A stretch of DNA of 64,000 bases from an uncultured Verrucomicrobiae bacterium (lineage in GTDB: Bacteria; Verrucomicrobiota; Verrucomicrobiia; Limisphaerales; Palsa-1400), in contig CAVPOM010000007.1 in NCBI GenBank assembly GCA_963707025.1, positions 32,001-96,000 of the forward strand, in the 5' to 3' direction. Positions 29,818 to 39,715 of the stretch are shown piece by piece. The position numbers were made by a program, and so were the translations under genes. The notes below the pieces were generated by a model, which was given only the letters and a program-made list of their open reading frames with translations, searched no databases and had not been told where the DNA came from. Numbering within the stretch: the first letter of the stretch is position 1; the number at the start of each line of letters is the position of its first letter.

Positions 29818-30028
29818 TCAATGGCGGGCGGCACCGACCTCGCCGGCCTCGATCAGGCACATGCGGTTGTTGACTTCTCCTTCGGGGGCGATCACTCCGT
29901 CTGCCGGGACTGCGATTCTGCCGGGCATGCACCAGGAAAACCGCCAGGGCTTGGTCATCATGGCCCGCGGAGACCGGCACTTTGCACAGGAGCTGTTTCA
30001 CCGGCAAAATGATGTCCGGATCTGCCAC
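29818..30028 (-). pseudogene. Decayed cyclic-nucleotide-binding (Crp-like) domain remnant
   Basis: LLCKVPVSAGHDDQALAVFL, then after a frame change VPADGVIAPEGEVNNRMCLIEAGEV, then stop. Confidence 0.6.
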
Positions 30029-30290
30029 GGAATGCCATTGCCTTTTTAGGGCCGGGCGTGGTGGCGAGGCTGACGCGGCACTGGCGGCCTTGGTGGGAAT
30101 AGCGCTGCCAAAAAAACTTGCCGCGCAAATAGACACCCCTTAACCTTCTTTTGGCTGATGAACGAGTAGCATGAAAACAGTGCTAAAAGATTGTGCTGAT
30201 TTGCCAGACTCAAGCGGACTTCACCGGGCTTTGGCGGTTGGCCCAAGAGAAATGATTATTATGCGTAACTTGTTTATTATCAGCATGTTT

Positions 30291-30365
30291 GCGCGCTTAG
30301 CTCAGCGGTAGAGCATTACCTTCACACGGTAGGGGTCGCAGGTTCGAAACCTGCAGCGCGCACCA
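30291..30365 (+). tRNA. tRNA-Val(CAC)
   Basis: GCGCGCTTAGCTCAGCGGTAGAGC, anticodon loop TTCACAC, GGTTCGAAACC, CCA end. Confidence 0.97.
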
Positions 30366-30819
30366 TTCACCCACCTTTGACAGACTGTGACAGAGCACGA
30401 CAGGAAGCAACTTTCCCCCCTATCTACAAGGGTTTCGTGCGGGTCTTGCAGGCTCCCGCTTGAGTCAAACGATGTCAGAGAATGACCGCTTGCGCCTAAA
30501 TCTTGTGAGGCTATTTGTGAGGCTTTCAATGACAGCTTCCTCACCGCCGCCCGCAAGCCGCCAGCGAAGTCGTGCGAGGACGACCGTGACGCAAATAACT
30601 CGAAATTGCTTTCGCCACACCGGCGGCGTGGGCCAGGGCCGATGCGAAGGAGAAACTACCAGCCCTGGCAGCTTGAATAAATCAGCAGCCGGTCTGGTTC
30701 AACTTTCCGGTTTCAACTTCTGCGTCATCCCGCGTGCGTGCTCCCCAGCCGGATCCATCAATTTTGCCTTGAATTATTCAGATGGCTTGATAAAAACAGT
30801 TCATCAAAGGGATTAGACA

Positions 30820-32271
30820 ATGAAAACGTGCATCAAACAATTGGTCCTTCTGCCCGCGCTGATGGCCGGTTTCGGCTTGGTGCTGGCCGGTCCGGCGACG
30901 GCGCAGACTTTGACGGACCTCTATAGTTTCACGGCAGTCTCTGGGACGCTTTCCACCAACAGCGACGGAGCTTATCCGAGTGCCGGATTAATTTTATCGG
31001 GCAACATCCTGTATGGAACGACACCGCATGGCGGCACGAATGGCAATGGCACGGTGTTCGCCGTCAATACCGATGGCACGGGCTTTACGGTCCTGCATAC
31101 TTTCACCGCGCTGGTTTCAGGAACGAATAGCGACGGAGCTAATCCGGCTGCCGGATTGCTACTAGAGGGCGGTGCCCTGTTTGGAACGGCACAGAATGGC
31201 GGCACGAATGGCAATGGCACGGTGTTCGGCCTCATCACCAATGGCTCTGTTTTCGCAAACCTGCATAGTTTCACGGCACTCTCTGCTCCTTTTGGTGGAA
31301 CCAACAGCGACGGGGCTAATCCGGCTGCCGGACTGATTTATATATCGGGCAACAACACCCTTTATGGGACAGCACAGAGTGGCGGCACGAATGGCAATGG
31401 CACGGTGTTTGCCATCAACATCTTCGGCACGGGCTTTACGGTCCTGCATACTTTCACCAACAGCCCTGACGGAGCGATTCCGCAGGGCGGATTGATTTTA
31501 TCGGGCAACAACGTCCTGTATGGGACGGCGGCTGATGGCGGCGCTGGGGACAATGGCACAGTGTTCGCCCTCAACCCCGATGGCACGGGTTTTACGAACC
31601 TGTATAGTTTCACAGCCTTATCTTCAGAGTATTTTAACAACCGCGACGGAGCCAATCCGTTTGCCGGAGTGGTTTTATCGGGCAACACCCTTTATGGGAC
31701 GACCCATTCTGCCGGCACCAACGGCGGCGGAACGGTATTCGCCGTCACCACCAATGGCACGGGTTTTACGAACCTGCATAGTTTCACCGGGGTCAGCGAC
31801 GGGGATAATCCGTATGCCGGATTGATTGTATCGGGCAGCACCCTGTTTGGGGTGGCGGGTAATGGCGGCGCGGGCTATGGCACGCTGTTCGCCGTCACCA
31901 CCAATGGCGCGGATTTTGCGACTCTGCATACTTTCACATATATTCCAGACGGAGGTTCTCCGCGCGGCGGATTGATTTTATCGGGCAACACCCTGTATGG
32001 GACGGCGGGTATTGGCGGCACAAATGGTTCCGGCATGATATTCAGTGTTACGTTGCCGACGCCGCAACTGACCATCATTCGTTCCGGAACAATTGCGATT
32101 GTGACGTGGCCAACCAATGCCCTCGAGTTCACCTTGCAATCCACCACGAACCCTGTCCCGCCGACAGTCTGGACAACCGTTTTCCCGCCACCGTATGCCG
32201 TCATCTCCACGAATAACGTGGTAACGAATACCATCTCCGGCACAAATCAGTTTTACCGGTTAAGCCTGTAG
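30820..32271 (+). CDS. Choice-of-anchor GloVer-type tandem repeat surface protein
   Basis: Signal peptide; 7 repeats DGA.P.AGL..SGN.LYGT..GG.NG.GTVF; C-terminal LQSTTN..W..FYRL. Confidence 0.88.
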   Translation: MKTCIKQLVLLPALMAGFGLVLAGPATAQTLTDLYSFTAVSGTLSTNSDGAYPSAGLILSGNILYGTTPHGGTNGNGTVFAVNTDGTGFTVLHTFTALVSGTNSDGANPAAGLLLEGGALFGTAQNGGTNGNGTVFGLITNGSVFANLHSFTALSAPFGGTNSDGANPAAGLIYISGNNTLYGTAQSGGTNGNGTVFAINIFGTGFTVLHTFTNSPDGAIPQGGLILSGNNVLYGTAADGGAGDNGTVFALNPDGTGFTNLYSFTALSSEYFNNRDGANPFAGVVLSGNTLYGTTHSAGTNGGGTVFAVTTNGTGFTNLHSFTGVSDGDNPYAGLIVSGSTLFGVAGNGGAGYGTLFAVTTNGADFATLHTFTYIPDGGSPRGGLILSGNTLYGTAGIGGTNGSGMIFSVTLPTPQLTIIRSGTIAIVTWPTNALEFTLQSTTNPVPPTVWTTVFPPPYAVISTNNVVTNTISGTNQFYRLSL

Positions 32272-32379
32272 TTGGCCAAAGGCAACAGTTGTGGTGTGAA
32301 ATTGAAGATGTAACGGCATTGCTTCAGGACCGCTTGGAGCATAAAGCGGATGATGTCAATGCGTGGCCCTTCAGGCGGA

Positions 32380-32612
32380 TACGAATCATCCGCGCCACCC
32401 CGTCGGTCAGTTTCATCTCGTGAAAGTTAAGAATAAGCCCAAGGGGAATGTCCATCAACTTCATGGAGCTGAGGGGTTGGGCCTTGTGGACGGGCAATAT
32501 CTCCTGCACACACTTGAGTTCCAGCGGGAGGCAATCCTCAACCAGCACATCGGATCGCAGGGGCTCGTCAAACACCAGCCCCTGGTTTTCGATTCTGACC
32601 AAGCGTTGATTG
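32380..32612 (-). pseudogene. C-terminal fragment of a GxxExxY (PD-(D/E)XK-like) protein
   Basis: LRSDVLVEDCLPLELKCVQEILPVHKAQPLSSMKLMDIPLGLILNFH; N-terminal GxxExxY part absent. Confidence 0.8.
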
Positions 32613-32662
32613 ACAGAATTTGTTTGCCCGGCAATTTGTTTGTGCGCAAATTGCCCCGCGAA

Positions 32663-33595
32663 ATGCCGGAGCAACTGGTCATTGAGACGCAGGCCCTGTC
32701 CAAGGTTTTTGGAAAACAAAAAGCCCTGGATGGCGTCAGCCTTGCCGTCGCCCCGGGGGCGATCGGGCTGCTCGGGCCCAACGGCGCGGGCAAGACCACC
32801 TTCATGAAATGTCTGCTCCAGCTTCAGCCCATCACCTCCGGCTCGGCCAAACTGCTGGGCCGGGAAGTGGGCGCGGAAGGCCGTGAAATCCGCAAAAGGG
32901 TCGGCTATACCCCGGAACAGGACTGCCACATCCCCGGCATGGCCGGCTGCGAGTATGTCACCTATTGCGCCCAGTTGTGCGGGTTGCCCTTCCAAGTCGC
33001 CCGCCAGCGCGCCCATGAGATGCTCGATTTCGTCGGCATGGGCCAGGAGCGCTATCGCAAGATTGACACCTACTCCACCGGCATGAAACAGCGTCTCAAG
33101 CTGGCCCAGGCCATCGTCCACGACCCGGAAATCGTTTTTCTGGACGAGCCGACCAACGGTCTGGACCCCAAGGGCCAGGCGCAAATCCTGGAATTGGTGC
33201 AAAGCCTCTGGCGCGCCTACGGCATCACGGTGGTGGTTTCCTCGCACCTGCTGCATGACGTGGAGCAGATTTGCGAACAGATCATCATCATCGCCCGCGG
33301 GCGCGTGCTGGTGCATGACAGCCTGGCCAATTTGAAGGCGCGCCAGCGCGGCTCGGCCGAAGTGGTGGTGGCGGGGGGGCACGAGGAATTGGAGGCCGCC
33401 TGCGCCCGCCGCCAGTGGCCGTGCGAGTTGCTCCCCAACGGCCATGTCAAAGTCGAGCACAGTTCCCAGTCCCTGAACCCCTTGTTGCACCTGTTGCACG
33501 AGATCCAACTGGCGCCGCTGGAGATCATTCCCAGCCCCAACGCGCTGGAGGAAACTTTTGTGCAAGCCCTGGAGATTTCCCATGCCGCTGCATGA
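32663..33595 (+). CDS. ABC transporter ATP-binding protein
   Basis: GPNGAGKTT, YSTGMKQR, LDEPTNGLD. Confidence 0.95.
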   Translation: MPEQLVIETQALSKVFGKQKALDGVSLAVAPGAIGLLGPNGAGKTTFMKCLLQLQPITSGSAKLLGREVGAEGREIRKRVGYTPEQDCHIPGMAGCEYVTYCAQLCGLPFQVARQRAHEMLDFVGMGQERYRKIDTYSTGMKQRLKLAQAIVHDPEIVFLDEPTNGLDPKGQAQILELVQSLWRAYGITVVVSSHLLHDVEQICEQIIIIARGRVLVHDSLANLKARQRGSAEVVVAGGHEELEAACARRQWPCELLPNGHVKVEHSSQSLNPLLHLLHEIQLAPLEIIPSPNALEETFVQALEISHAAA

Positions 33596-34575
33596 TGCCA
33601 ATTATAAGCATTGGGAAGGAACGCACCTCGGCGTCTGGAGCCGCCGCTGGGCCATCGCCAAAAACGGCCTGACCGCCTGCCTGCAAAGTGAGGTGGATGA
33701 TGAACCTGGTGGTCTTGTGCTGGGGGCTGGGGCTGGCCGCCGCGGCCTTTCTTTTCCTGATCGGACAATTATTGGTCTCCGACAGCGTGGTGGACCGGTG
33801 GGTTTCCACCTTCAATCCAAACCTGCAGATGTTTGCCAACCTCCTCACCGCCTGGCTGACCGACCATCCTGACATTTCCGTTGGCACCACCCAAAATGTG
33901 CTGTTCTATTTCCTGGGCAACTGGCTGATGCTGGTCAGCATTTTTGCGCTGGGGCCGATCATCCCGCTGTTGATCACGCGCGACCTGGCTTGCAACGCCA
34001 TCGTCATTTATTCCTCCAAAGCCGTCAGCCGGGGCGATTATCTGTTGGGCAAATTCGCCACCGCCTTCGGTTTCCTCACCCTGACCTGGCTGGGGCCGGT
34101 TTGCGCCGCCTGGTTTCTGGGCAACTTGCTCGCGCCGCATTGGATGTTTTTCTGGCACGCCCGCGGCGCGCTGGCAAACATCTTGATCCGCGGATTGAGC
34201 AGCATGACCGTCCTGAGCATGCTGGCGCTGGGCGTTTCCGCCCTGAGCGTGAAGGAAAAGGCCACCAGCTTTATTTGGTTCATGTGGTGGATACTGGGGG
34301 CCTTCCTCAGCACCCTGGCCCAGCACACCCAGTCCTGGCTTGGCTACCTGAGTTTTGGCTTTAACCTCCATGAAATCGCCCTCCGCACCTTTCGCGTCGG
34401 CGACCGCCTCAAGAACATCCAGGACACCATTCTCGTGCTGGGCAACATTCTGCAGATGCGCCCGTCCACCCAGTCCGCCTTGGAGACGCCCCACATCGGC
34501 GGCACTTGCCTGGCCTTGCTGGTCATGCTCTGCCTGGCCGCCTGGATCGTCCACCACCGAGTCAAACCCGAATGA
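33582..34575 (+). pseudogene. ABC-2 type permease with a +1 frameshift near 33686 (possible assembly error)
   Basis: MPLHDANYKHWEG.. joins RWMMNL.. if one A of CAAAG is removed; TM helices; DYLLGK. Confidence 0.8.
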
Positions 34576-35498
34576 ACCCGGTCATCCAGGCGAGGGAATT
34601 GAGCCGCTGGTACGGCATGGTCATGGGGCTGAACAACGTCAGCTTCGACATTGCCCCCGGCCTGACCGGATTGGTCGGCCCGAATGGCGCGGGCAAGAGC
34701 ACGCTCATCCAGGTGATCACCGGCCAGCTCCAACCCAGCGCCGGAACCCTCACCGTTTTTGGCCAGGTTCCCTGGAATAATCCCGCCTTGCAGCGGCGCC
34801 TGGGTTTCTGCCCGGAGCGCGAGGCCGTGCCCAAGGAATTGCGCCCGATGGATTGGCTGACCGGCCTGGCCCGGTTGTCCGGCCTGGACCCGGCGGAAAT
34901 TCCCGGGCGCTGTGAAGCGATTTTGGACAAGGTCAAATTGTCCCGCGAGCATTGGTCCAAAACGATGGGCCAGTATTCCAAAGGCATGAAGCAACGGGTC
35001 AAGCTGGCCCAGGGCCTGTTGCATGAGCCGGACCTGCTCGTCCTGGACGAGCCGATGAACGGCTTGGACCCGATGGGCCGCCAGGAAATCGCCAGCCTCC
35101 TCACCGATCTGGCCGCGCACGGCGCCAGCATCCTCATTTCCAGCCACATCCTGGCCGAGTTGGAATCGCTCTGCCGCAATATCATCATCCTCAACTGGGG
35201 CCGCATCCTGGCCTCCGGCAGCCAGCGGGAAATTCGCGGCGACCTGAAAAACTGGTCTGAAGAATTGTCCATCCAGTGCGATGACCCGGAAAAACTGGCC
35301 CGCCACCTCTTTGATGCCGGCATTCTCCTGGGCTTCGACCTTGAGGCCGCCGCGGGCCTGCTGCGCATCCGCGTCAAGGACGCCGCCTCCTTCTACCCCG
35401 CCTGGACCGGTTTATTGCTGGGCAGCGGAGTCACCGTCCAGGGGATTCGCAGCCAGAGCCGGTCTTTGCAGAATATTTTTGAAAAGGTGACCGCCTGA
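34572..35498 (+). CDS. ABC transporter ATP-binding protein
   Basis: GPNGAGKST, YSKGMKQR, LDEPMNGLD. Confidence 0.95.
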   Translation: MNPVIQARELSRWYGMVMGLNNVSFDIAPGLTGLVGPNGAGKSTLIQVITGQLQPSAGTLTVFGQVPWNNPALQRRLGFCPEREAVPKELRPMDWLTGLARLSGLDPAEIPGRCEAILDKVKLSREHWSKTMGQYSKGMKQRVKLAQGLLHEPDLLVLDEPMNGLDPMGRQEIASLLTDLAAHGASILISSHILAELESLCRNIIILNWGRILASGSQREIRGDLKNWSEELSIQCDDPEKLARHLFDAGILLGFDLEAAAGLLRIRVKDAASFYPAWTGLLLGSGVTVQGIRSQSRSLQNIFEKVTA

Positions 35499-35517
35499 GC
35501 GCCCGAGCAACGCCGCC

Positions 35518-36723
35518 ATGAATGCGCCACCCCCATCCCCGCCGCCACCGCCTCCTCCTCCTCCTCCTCCTGCGCCGCCACGCCCGCTCCCGCCCCGGGG
35601 CAGCCTGCGTTTGGCGCCCTCCTTTCTGAGGGCGTGGCGCGGGATTTGGCTCTTTACCTGGCGGACCCAATTGTCCTGGCGCCGGGTGCCGGTGATGCTG
35701 GTTTGGTTGCTGGTTCTGCCCTTTCTGATCTGGGTCACGGTTCATTCACCCGGGACGTGGCCCCGCGCCAATCTGCATTTGGGAGATCCGTCCTATCAAA
35801 TCAACCGCTTTTCCCGGCGCCTGACCAATCGAACCAGACTGACCGCGCTGGACCAGGATCAGATCAGCCGGCTGGTTGGGATTACGCGCGAAGAATTTGC
35901 GCGCACCGAAAGCGAATCGCGCTCCGCCTCGGGCCCCGAAACGAGCGTGGCCGAGCAGAGGGCGCTGATTGATTCCTGCCACGGGCGCATCCTGGCCAAA
36001 GCGCGGGAAGTGTTGGATGCCGGCCAGTTCGCCGAATTTCAGGCATGGGATAAAGACTACGTCGCCAACACCAAGGGCCAGATCAGCGAGTCCACCTGGA
36101 ACCGGACCGCGCCGTTTTATTACCTGCTGATTATTGTCTATTTTTTCATCATCCTCCCGCTCAGTTGTGTCTGGTCGTGCGGCGGGCTGATCCGGGACGA
36201 ACTGCAAACCGACACCCTGGGCTTTTTGACCACCCGCCCGATCAAGCGGGCGACTCTGGTGGTCCTCAAATATCTCTCCCAGGCTGCCTGGCTGGAGATC
36301 GTGGTGCTGGTGGAAGGATTGCTCTTGTTGGGCGCCGGCGCCCTGCGGCAAATTCCGCAGCTCGGCTCCCTGCTCCCGCTTTTTTTGGCCGCGCAATTCC
36401 TGGCCGTGCTGGCCTGGAGCGCGCTGGGTCTTTTCCTGGGGCAGGTGACCAAGCGTTATCTGCCCCTGGCCCTGGTCTATGGGCTGATCGTGGAATTGGG
36501 GATTGGCGACATCCCCACCAACATCAACACCCTTTCCCTCATGCGCCACCTCCGAACTCTGCTCTCCCACGATGCCGCCCTGCAAAACCTTTACGAATGG
36601 ACCGGCACGGGCGTTGTCCTTCCCGTGAGCGCGTTGCTCCTGGCCGCCGCCCTCTTTGTGGCCCTGGCCGCCCTGCTCTTCACCTTCCGTGAATACCACG
36701 CCGCCGCCGAGATGCAGAAATAA
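35518..36723 (+). CDS. ABC-2 type permease with N-terminal polyproline
   Basis: IRDELQTDTLGFLTTRP..KY; multiple TM. Confidence 0.85.
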   Translation: MNAPPPSPPPPPPPPPPPAPPRPLPPRGSLRLAPSFLRAWRGIWLFTWRTQLSWRRVPVMLVWLLVLPFLIWVTVHSPGTWPRANLHLGDPSYQINRFSRRLTNRTRLTALDQDQISRLVGITREEFARTESESRSASGPETSVAEQRALIDSCHGRILAKAREVLDAGQFAEFQAWDKDYVANTKGQISESTWNRTAPFYYLLIIVYFFIILPLSCVWSCGGLIRDELQTDTLGFLTTRPIKRATLVVLKYLSQAAWLEIVVLVEGLLLLGAGALRQIPQLGSLLPLFLAAQFLAVLAWSALGLFLGQVTKRYLPLALVYGLIVELGIGDIPTNINTLSLMRHLRTLLSHDAALQNLYEWTGTGVVLPVSALLLAAALFVALAALLFTFREYHAAAEMQK

Positions 36724-36773
36724 AAGAACCTTTCATGCTGACGGGGAGCGCGCGCCCCCGCGTGACGCGTGCC

Positions 36774-36860
36774 GCCTGGCAGGGGTCGTGCCCGGCCTTG
36801 GGCCATCTGGCTGCGGCAGGAATTCCCAGTGCCAAGGAACCGGATTTTCAATTTCGGCAT
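36774..36860 (-). pseudogene. arsC: Truncated arsenate reductase (LMW-PTP type) N-terminus
   Basis: KIRFLGTGNSCRSQMAQG (canonical FLCTGNSCRSQMAEG); cut after ~29 aa; follows arsR. Confidence 0.8.
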
Positions 36861-37219
36861 TGGCGTTTGCATAATGCGACGGGGTCCATGCCTAAAATTT
36901 TCTTGAGGCGGGCCGCGTCCCCGACGGTGCGCGGATCCCCGGCGAGCGACCTGGCCACCAGGCGAATGGCTTGGCGGGCCGGGGCCGAAGCCCCTTTTGC
37001 GGCCAGGGAGTAGTAGATCCAACGGCCGTTCTTGCGTGAGTTGACCAAGCCGGCTTGGTAGAGAATGGAAAGGTGCTTGGAAATGGTGGACCCGGCCAGG
37101 CCGAAAAGTTCGATGATTTGGCAGACACACAACTCGCCGTCCCGCAACGCCAGGAGCATCCGGACGCGCTTTTCGTCCGCCAGCGCCTTGGTCAGGGCCA
37201 TGAACGGGCGGATTGTCAT
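36848..37219 (-). CDS. arsR: ArsR/SmtB family transcriptional regulator
   Basis: KALADEKRVRML..ELCVCQI..STISKHLSIL..GRWIYY. Confidence 0.92.
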   Translation of the reverse strand: MTIRPFMALTKALADEKRVRMLLALRDGELCVCQIIELFGLAGSTISKHLSILYQAGLVNSRKNGRWIYYSLAAKGASAPARQAIRLVARSLAGDPRTVGDAARLKKILGMDPVALCKRQCRN

Positions 37220-37370
37220 ATAACGTAATTCGCCATACAACGAAATAAAACTAACTCCCGCCAAAGTGACTGTCAAGGGCGGCGTGAGGCCTGGAAAGAG
37301 GCATGGCGCGCGATCCCCGGGGCCAACCCCGGCGCGCCGCGCCGACCCTGCAGGCTTGACCTTGGCCCGC

Positions 37371-38444
37371 CTACCGGATGTCGCCAAACCTGACGTTTTC
37401 CGGCGCCGACGGCTCATCCAGCACTTGAATGGTGGTGGATGGCCCCAAGTCAACCGGGTCCCCCCAGGCGCGCGAAGCCCAGAGGAGCCTTTTGTCGGGG
37501 CTGACCTCGAAGGCTTGAATGGCCGTTCCCGCCGCGGGTCCGTTGCCTTTAGGGCACCAGTTGTTGATGAGGGTGTCGCCGTTGGCCAGGCGGCTGGCGG
37601 TTTGCATGCCGGAAATCCTGTAACCCAAGGCCGCGAGGTCCGCGCTGGGGAACTCCCACACAATCTGCCCCTGGCGGTCGAGTTCCTGCACGGCCGTGTG
37701 TTCCCGGGTCATCAGGATATGACCGTTGTTGAGGGGTGCGACCATCCAGAGATCCGGCACCGGCAGGGACCAGAGTTCCTTGCCGTTGAGGTCGTACTCG
37801 CAGATTTTGTGCAAATCCATGTGCCCGACCAGGAGGGTGCCGGCCCCGGTCAGGCGGGCGTGCCGGAATTGGCCGTGGATGCCGCTGCTGTTGGTATTCC
37901 TGACCGGAAGTTCAAACTCGCTCTCCGTCGCCCCGGAAGTGGTGTTGACGACCAGGCATTTGGCCGGATTGCCATTGCGGATGAAAACGACATGTTCCCG
38001 GCCAATGGCCTGGGCGGTGTGGATTTCCGTGCCGGGCGGGGCGTCGTAATTCCAAACCACCTTCTTCTCCGCCGTTATCTCGGTCACGCCGAATTGATGG
38101 GCGAAGAGCACGTGGCCATTGGACAGCAGCATGGCGTCGCTGATTTCGCCTTTGGACTGCGGGTCGGTGTTCTCGTAAGACCAGTCCACCTTCCCCTTGC
38201 GCACGATGAACATGTTGTGGCGTCCCCCGCCTTCGCCGGCATAAAAGAAATCGTGCTGGGCCAATCCCTGGCCCGGCAGGACTTTGGGGGCCGCCGGGGT
38301 GTTGTCCAAGGCCCGGGGCGGGCGGACCGGCGGCTGGTTGGCGGGTGGCGGCCGTGGCGTGGCCGGTGTGTCCTGTGCAGCCAGATCTGCGGCTGCGCAA
38401 AGCCAGGAGGCCAGGGCCATGCAGGACAACGACGGTTTTTTCAT
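37371..38444 (-). CDS. Secreted beta-propeller-like hypothetical protein
   Basis: Signal peptide; repeated (L).NG..L and G..VW.Y/F blade motifs. Confidence 0.7.
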   Translation of the reverse strand: MKKPSLSCMALASWLCAAADLAAQDTPATPRPPPANQPPVRPPRALDNTPAAPKVLPGQGLAQHDFFYAGEGGGRHNMFIVRKGKVDWSYENTDPQSKGEISDAMLLSNGHVLFAHQFGVTEITAEKKVVWNYDAPPGTEIHTAQAIGREHVVFIRNGNPAKCLVVNTTSGATESEFELPVRNTNSSGIHGQFRHARLTGAGTLLVGHMDLHKICEYDLNGKELWSLPVPDLWMVAPLNNGHILMTREHTAVQELDRQGQIVWEFPSADLAALGYRISGMQTASRLANGDTLINNWCPKGNGPAAGTAIQAFEVSPDKRLLWASRAWGDPVDLGPSTTIQVLDEPSAPENVRFGDIR

Positions 38445-38596
38445 AATGCGGGATGCGCCAGACTGGCGGTTGCGGAATGGCGTGACCCAGCCGGGCCTCG
38501 ACAGGACTCACCGGCGAGCCGCGCCCGTCCTCAGACCACGCATAACGTTGCGCGACCCATTCACCCGGCGCTTTCCACTCTCGCAACGGCCCCGGC

Positions 38597-38878
38597 CTAT
38601 TGCCTGGCCTTCCTGGCCTTGGCCTTGGAGGCCAGTTGGTAAGTCAGGGTCTTGTTGCGCCGTTTGGAGCCGGAATACTTGCGCGCCCATTCCCGGTTGG
38701 CGATGGCGTGCTTCAGACAATGCCAGGCCGTCACTTTCTTGTCGCCGCAGATCACGCACCGCCCTTCCTTGGCGCGGCGCAACTGCCATTTTTGCTGGCG
38801 CGAAATGGGCAGGTCGGTGAATTCATCCACGATTTTCTTGCGCGTATATGTGGGTGCTTTGCTTTTTTTCTTTGTCAT
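38597..38878 (-). CDS. Small basic protein with C-x2-C-x9-C-x2-H putative zinc finger
   Basis: CVICGDKKVTAWHCLKH; Lys/Arg-rich; 10 bp downstream of the XRE gene. Confidence 0.65.
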   Translation of the reverse strand: MTKKKSKAPTYTRKKIVDEFTDLPISRQQKWQLRRAKEGRCVICGDKKVTAWHCLKHAIANREWARKYSGSKRRNKTLTYQLASKAKARKARQ

Positions 38879-38888
38879 AAATTTACAA

Positions 38889-39287
38889 TTATCGGCCCTG
38901 GCGGATCTGGCGGGTCCGGCGCAGGCTCAAGGGCGCGCCAAAGCCGTTGATCACGCCGTGGACGACGGCATAGGCCCGCGGCAGTTCGGCCGAGGATATC
39001 TTGCGCAGCGCCTCAATCAGCTTTCGCTCCGGCAAGGACAGGGCCGAGCCCGGATCCGCCTTCAGTTCCAGGGTCTTGGTGTTGATCGCCTCCGGCCGTT
39101 GCGACGCGACAATCAATTTGAACAGCCGCAGGGTCGTCTGGCTGGGGCGCACGGGCGAATTGGGGTTTACGAGTTGGTTGACCGCGCCGGAAGTCATGGC
39201 GAGCTGCCTTGCGGCCTCCGCCTGCGTCCAGCCGATCACCTTCATCAAATCCAGAAACTCTTGTTTTAATGGGTCTAAAGGTTCCAT
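38889..39287 (-). CDS. XRE/Cro-family helix-turn-helix regulator
   Basis: GWTQAEAARQLAMTSGAVNQLVN. Confidence 0.8.
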   Translation of the reverse strand: MEPLDPLKQEFLDLMKVIGWTQAEAARQLAMTSGAVNQLVNPNSPVRPSQTTLRLFKLIVASQRPEAINTKTLELKADPGSALSLPERKLIEALRKISSAELPRAYAVVHGVINGFGAPLSLRRTRQIRQGR

Positions 39288-39715
39288 AATTTTTGTTTTT
39301 AACGGTTCGCCGCCACAATCAGTCATCCCCGCAGCCCCAACGTCTTCAGAGCGGGCGCGCCGGGGACTCCGGGTCCGCCGGCCGATTGACCGCCTCCCGC
39401 ATCCTGCCGGGCTGCCTTCCCCAGGCCGTCTGCTTCCTGCCCTGGGCCATCATCCGTTCCCACCTCACCCTCCGGCACGGCCTGTCGCAACATATTTCAT
39501 CACTTCACTAAGTTTTCCGTTAACTAAGCCCGCCACTCTGCTACTTTAAAGCCTAAGCGAATGACCGTGCCCGGCAAAATAAAAGCGAAAAATGAGCCTT
39601 TTGCAAGATTTTTCTACACTACACCCGGCCCCTTGTCCAGCGCCACTGTTTATTTTCGCGGCCGCGCCCCCGGACCCGCCGCCCCCAAACCCTCCCTCCC
39701 CGGCCCAGGCGTCCC

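Noticed and set aside
30940..32050. Regularly spaced DNA repeats suggesting a CRISPR array
   Set aside because: They are in-frame coding repeats of the GloVer protein; no constant repeat with unique spacers and no cas genes
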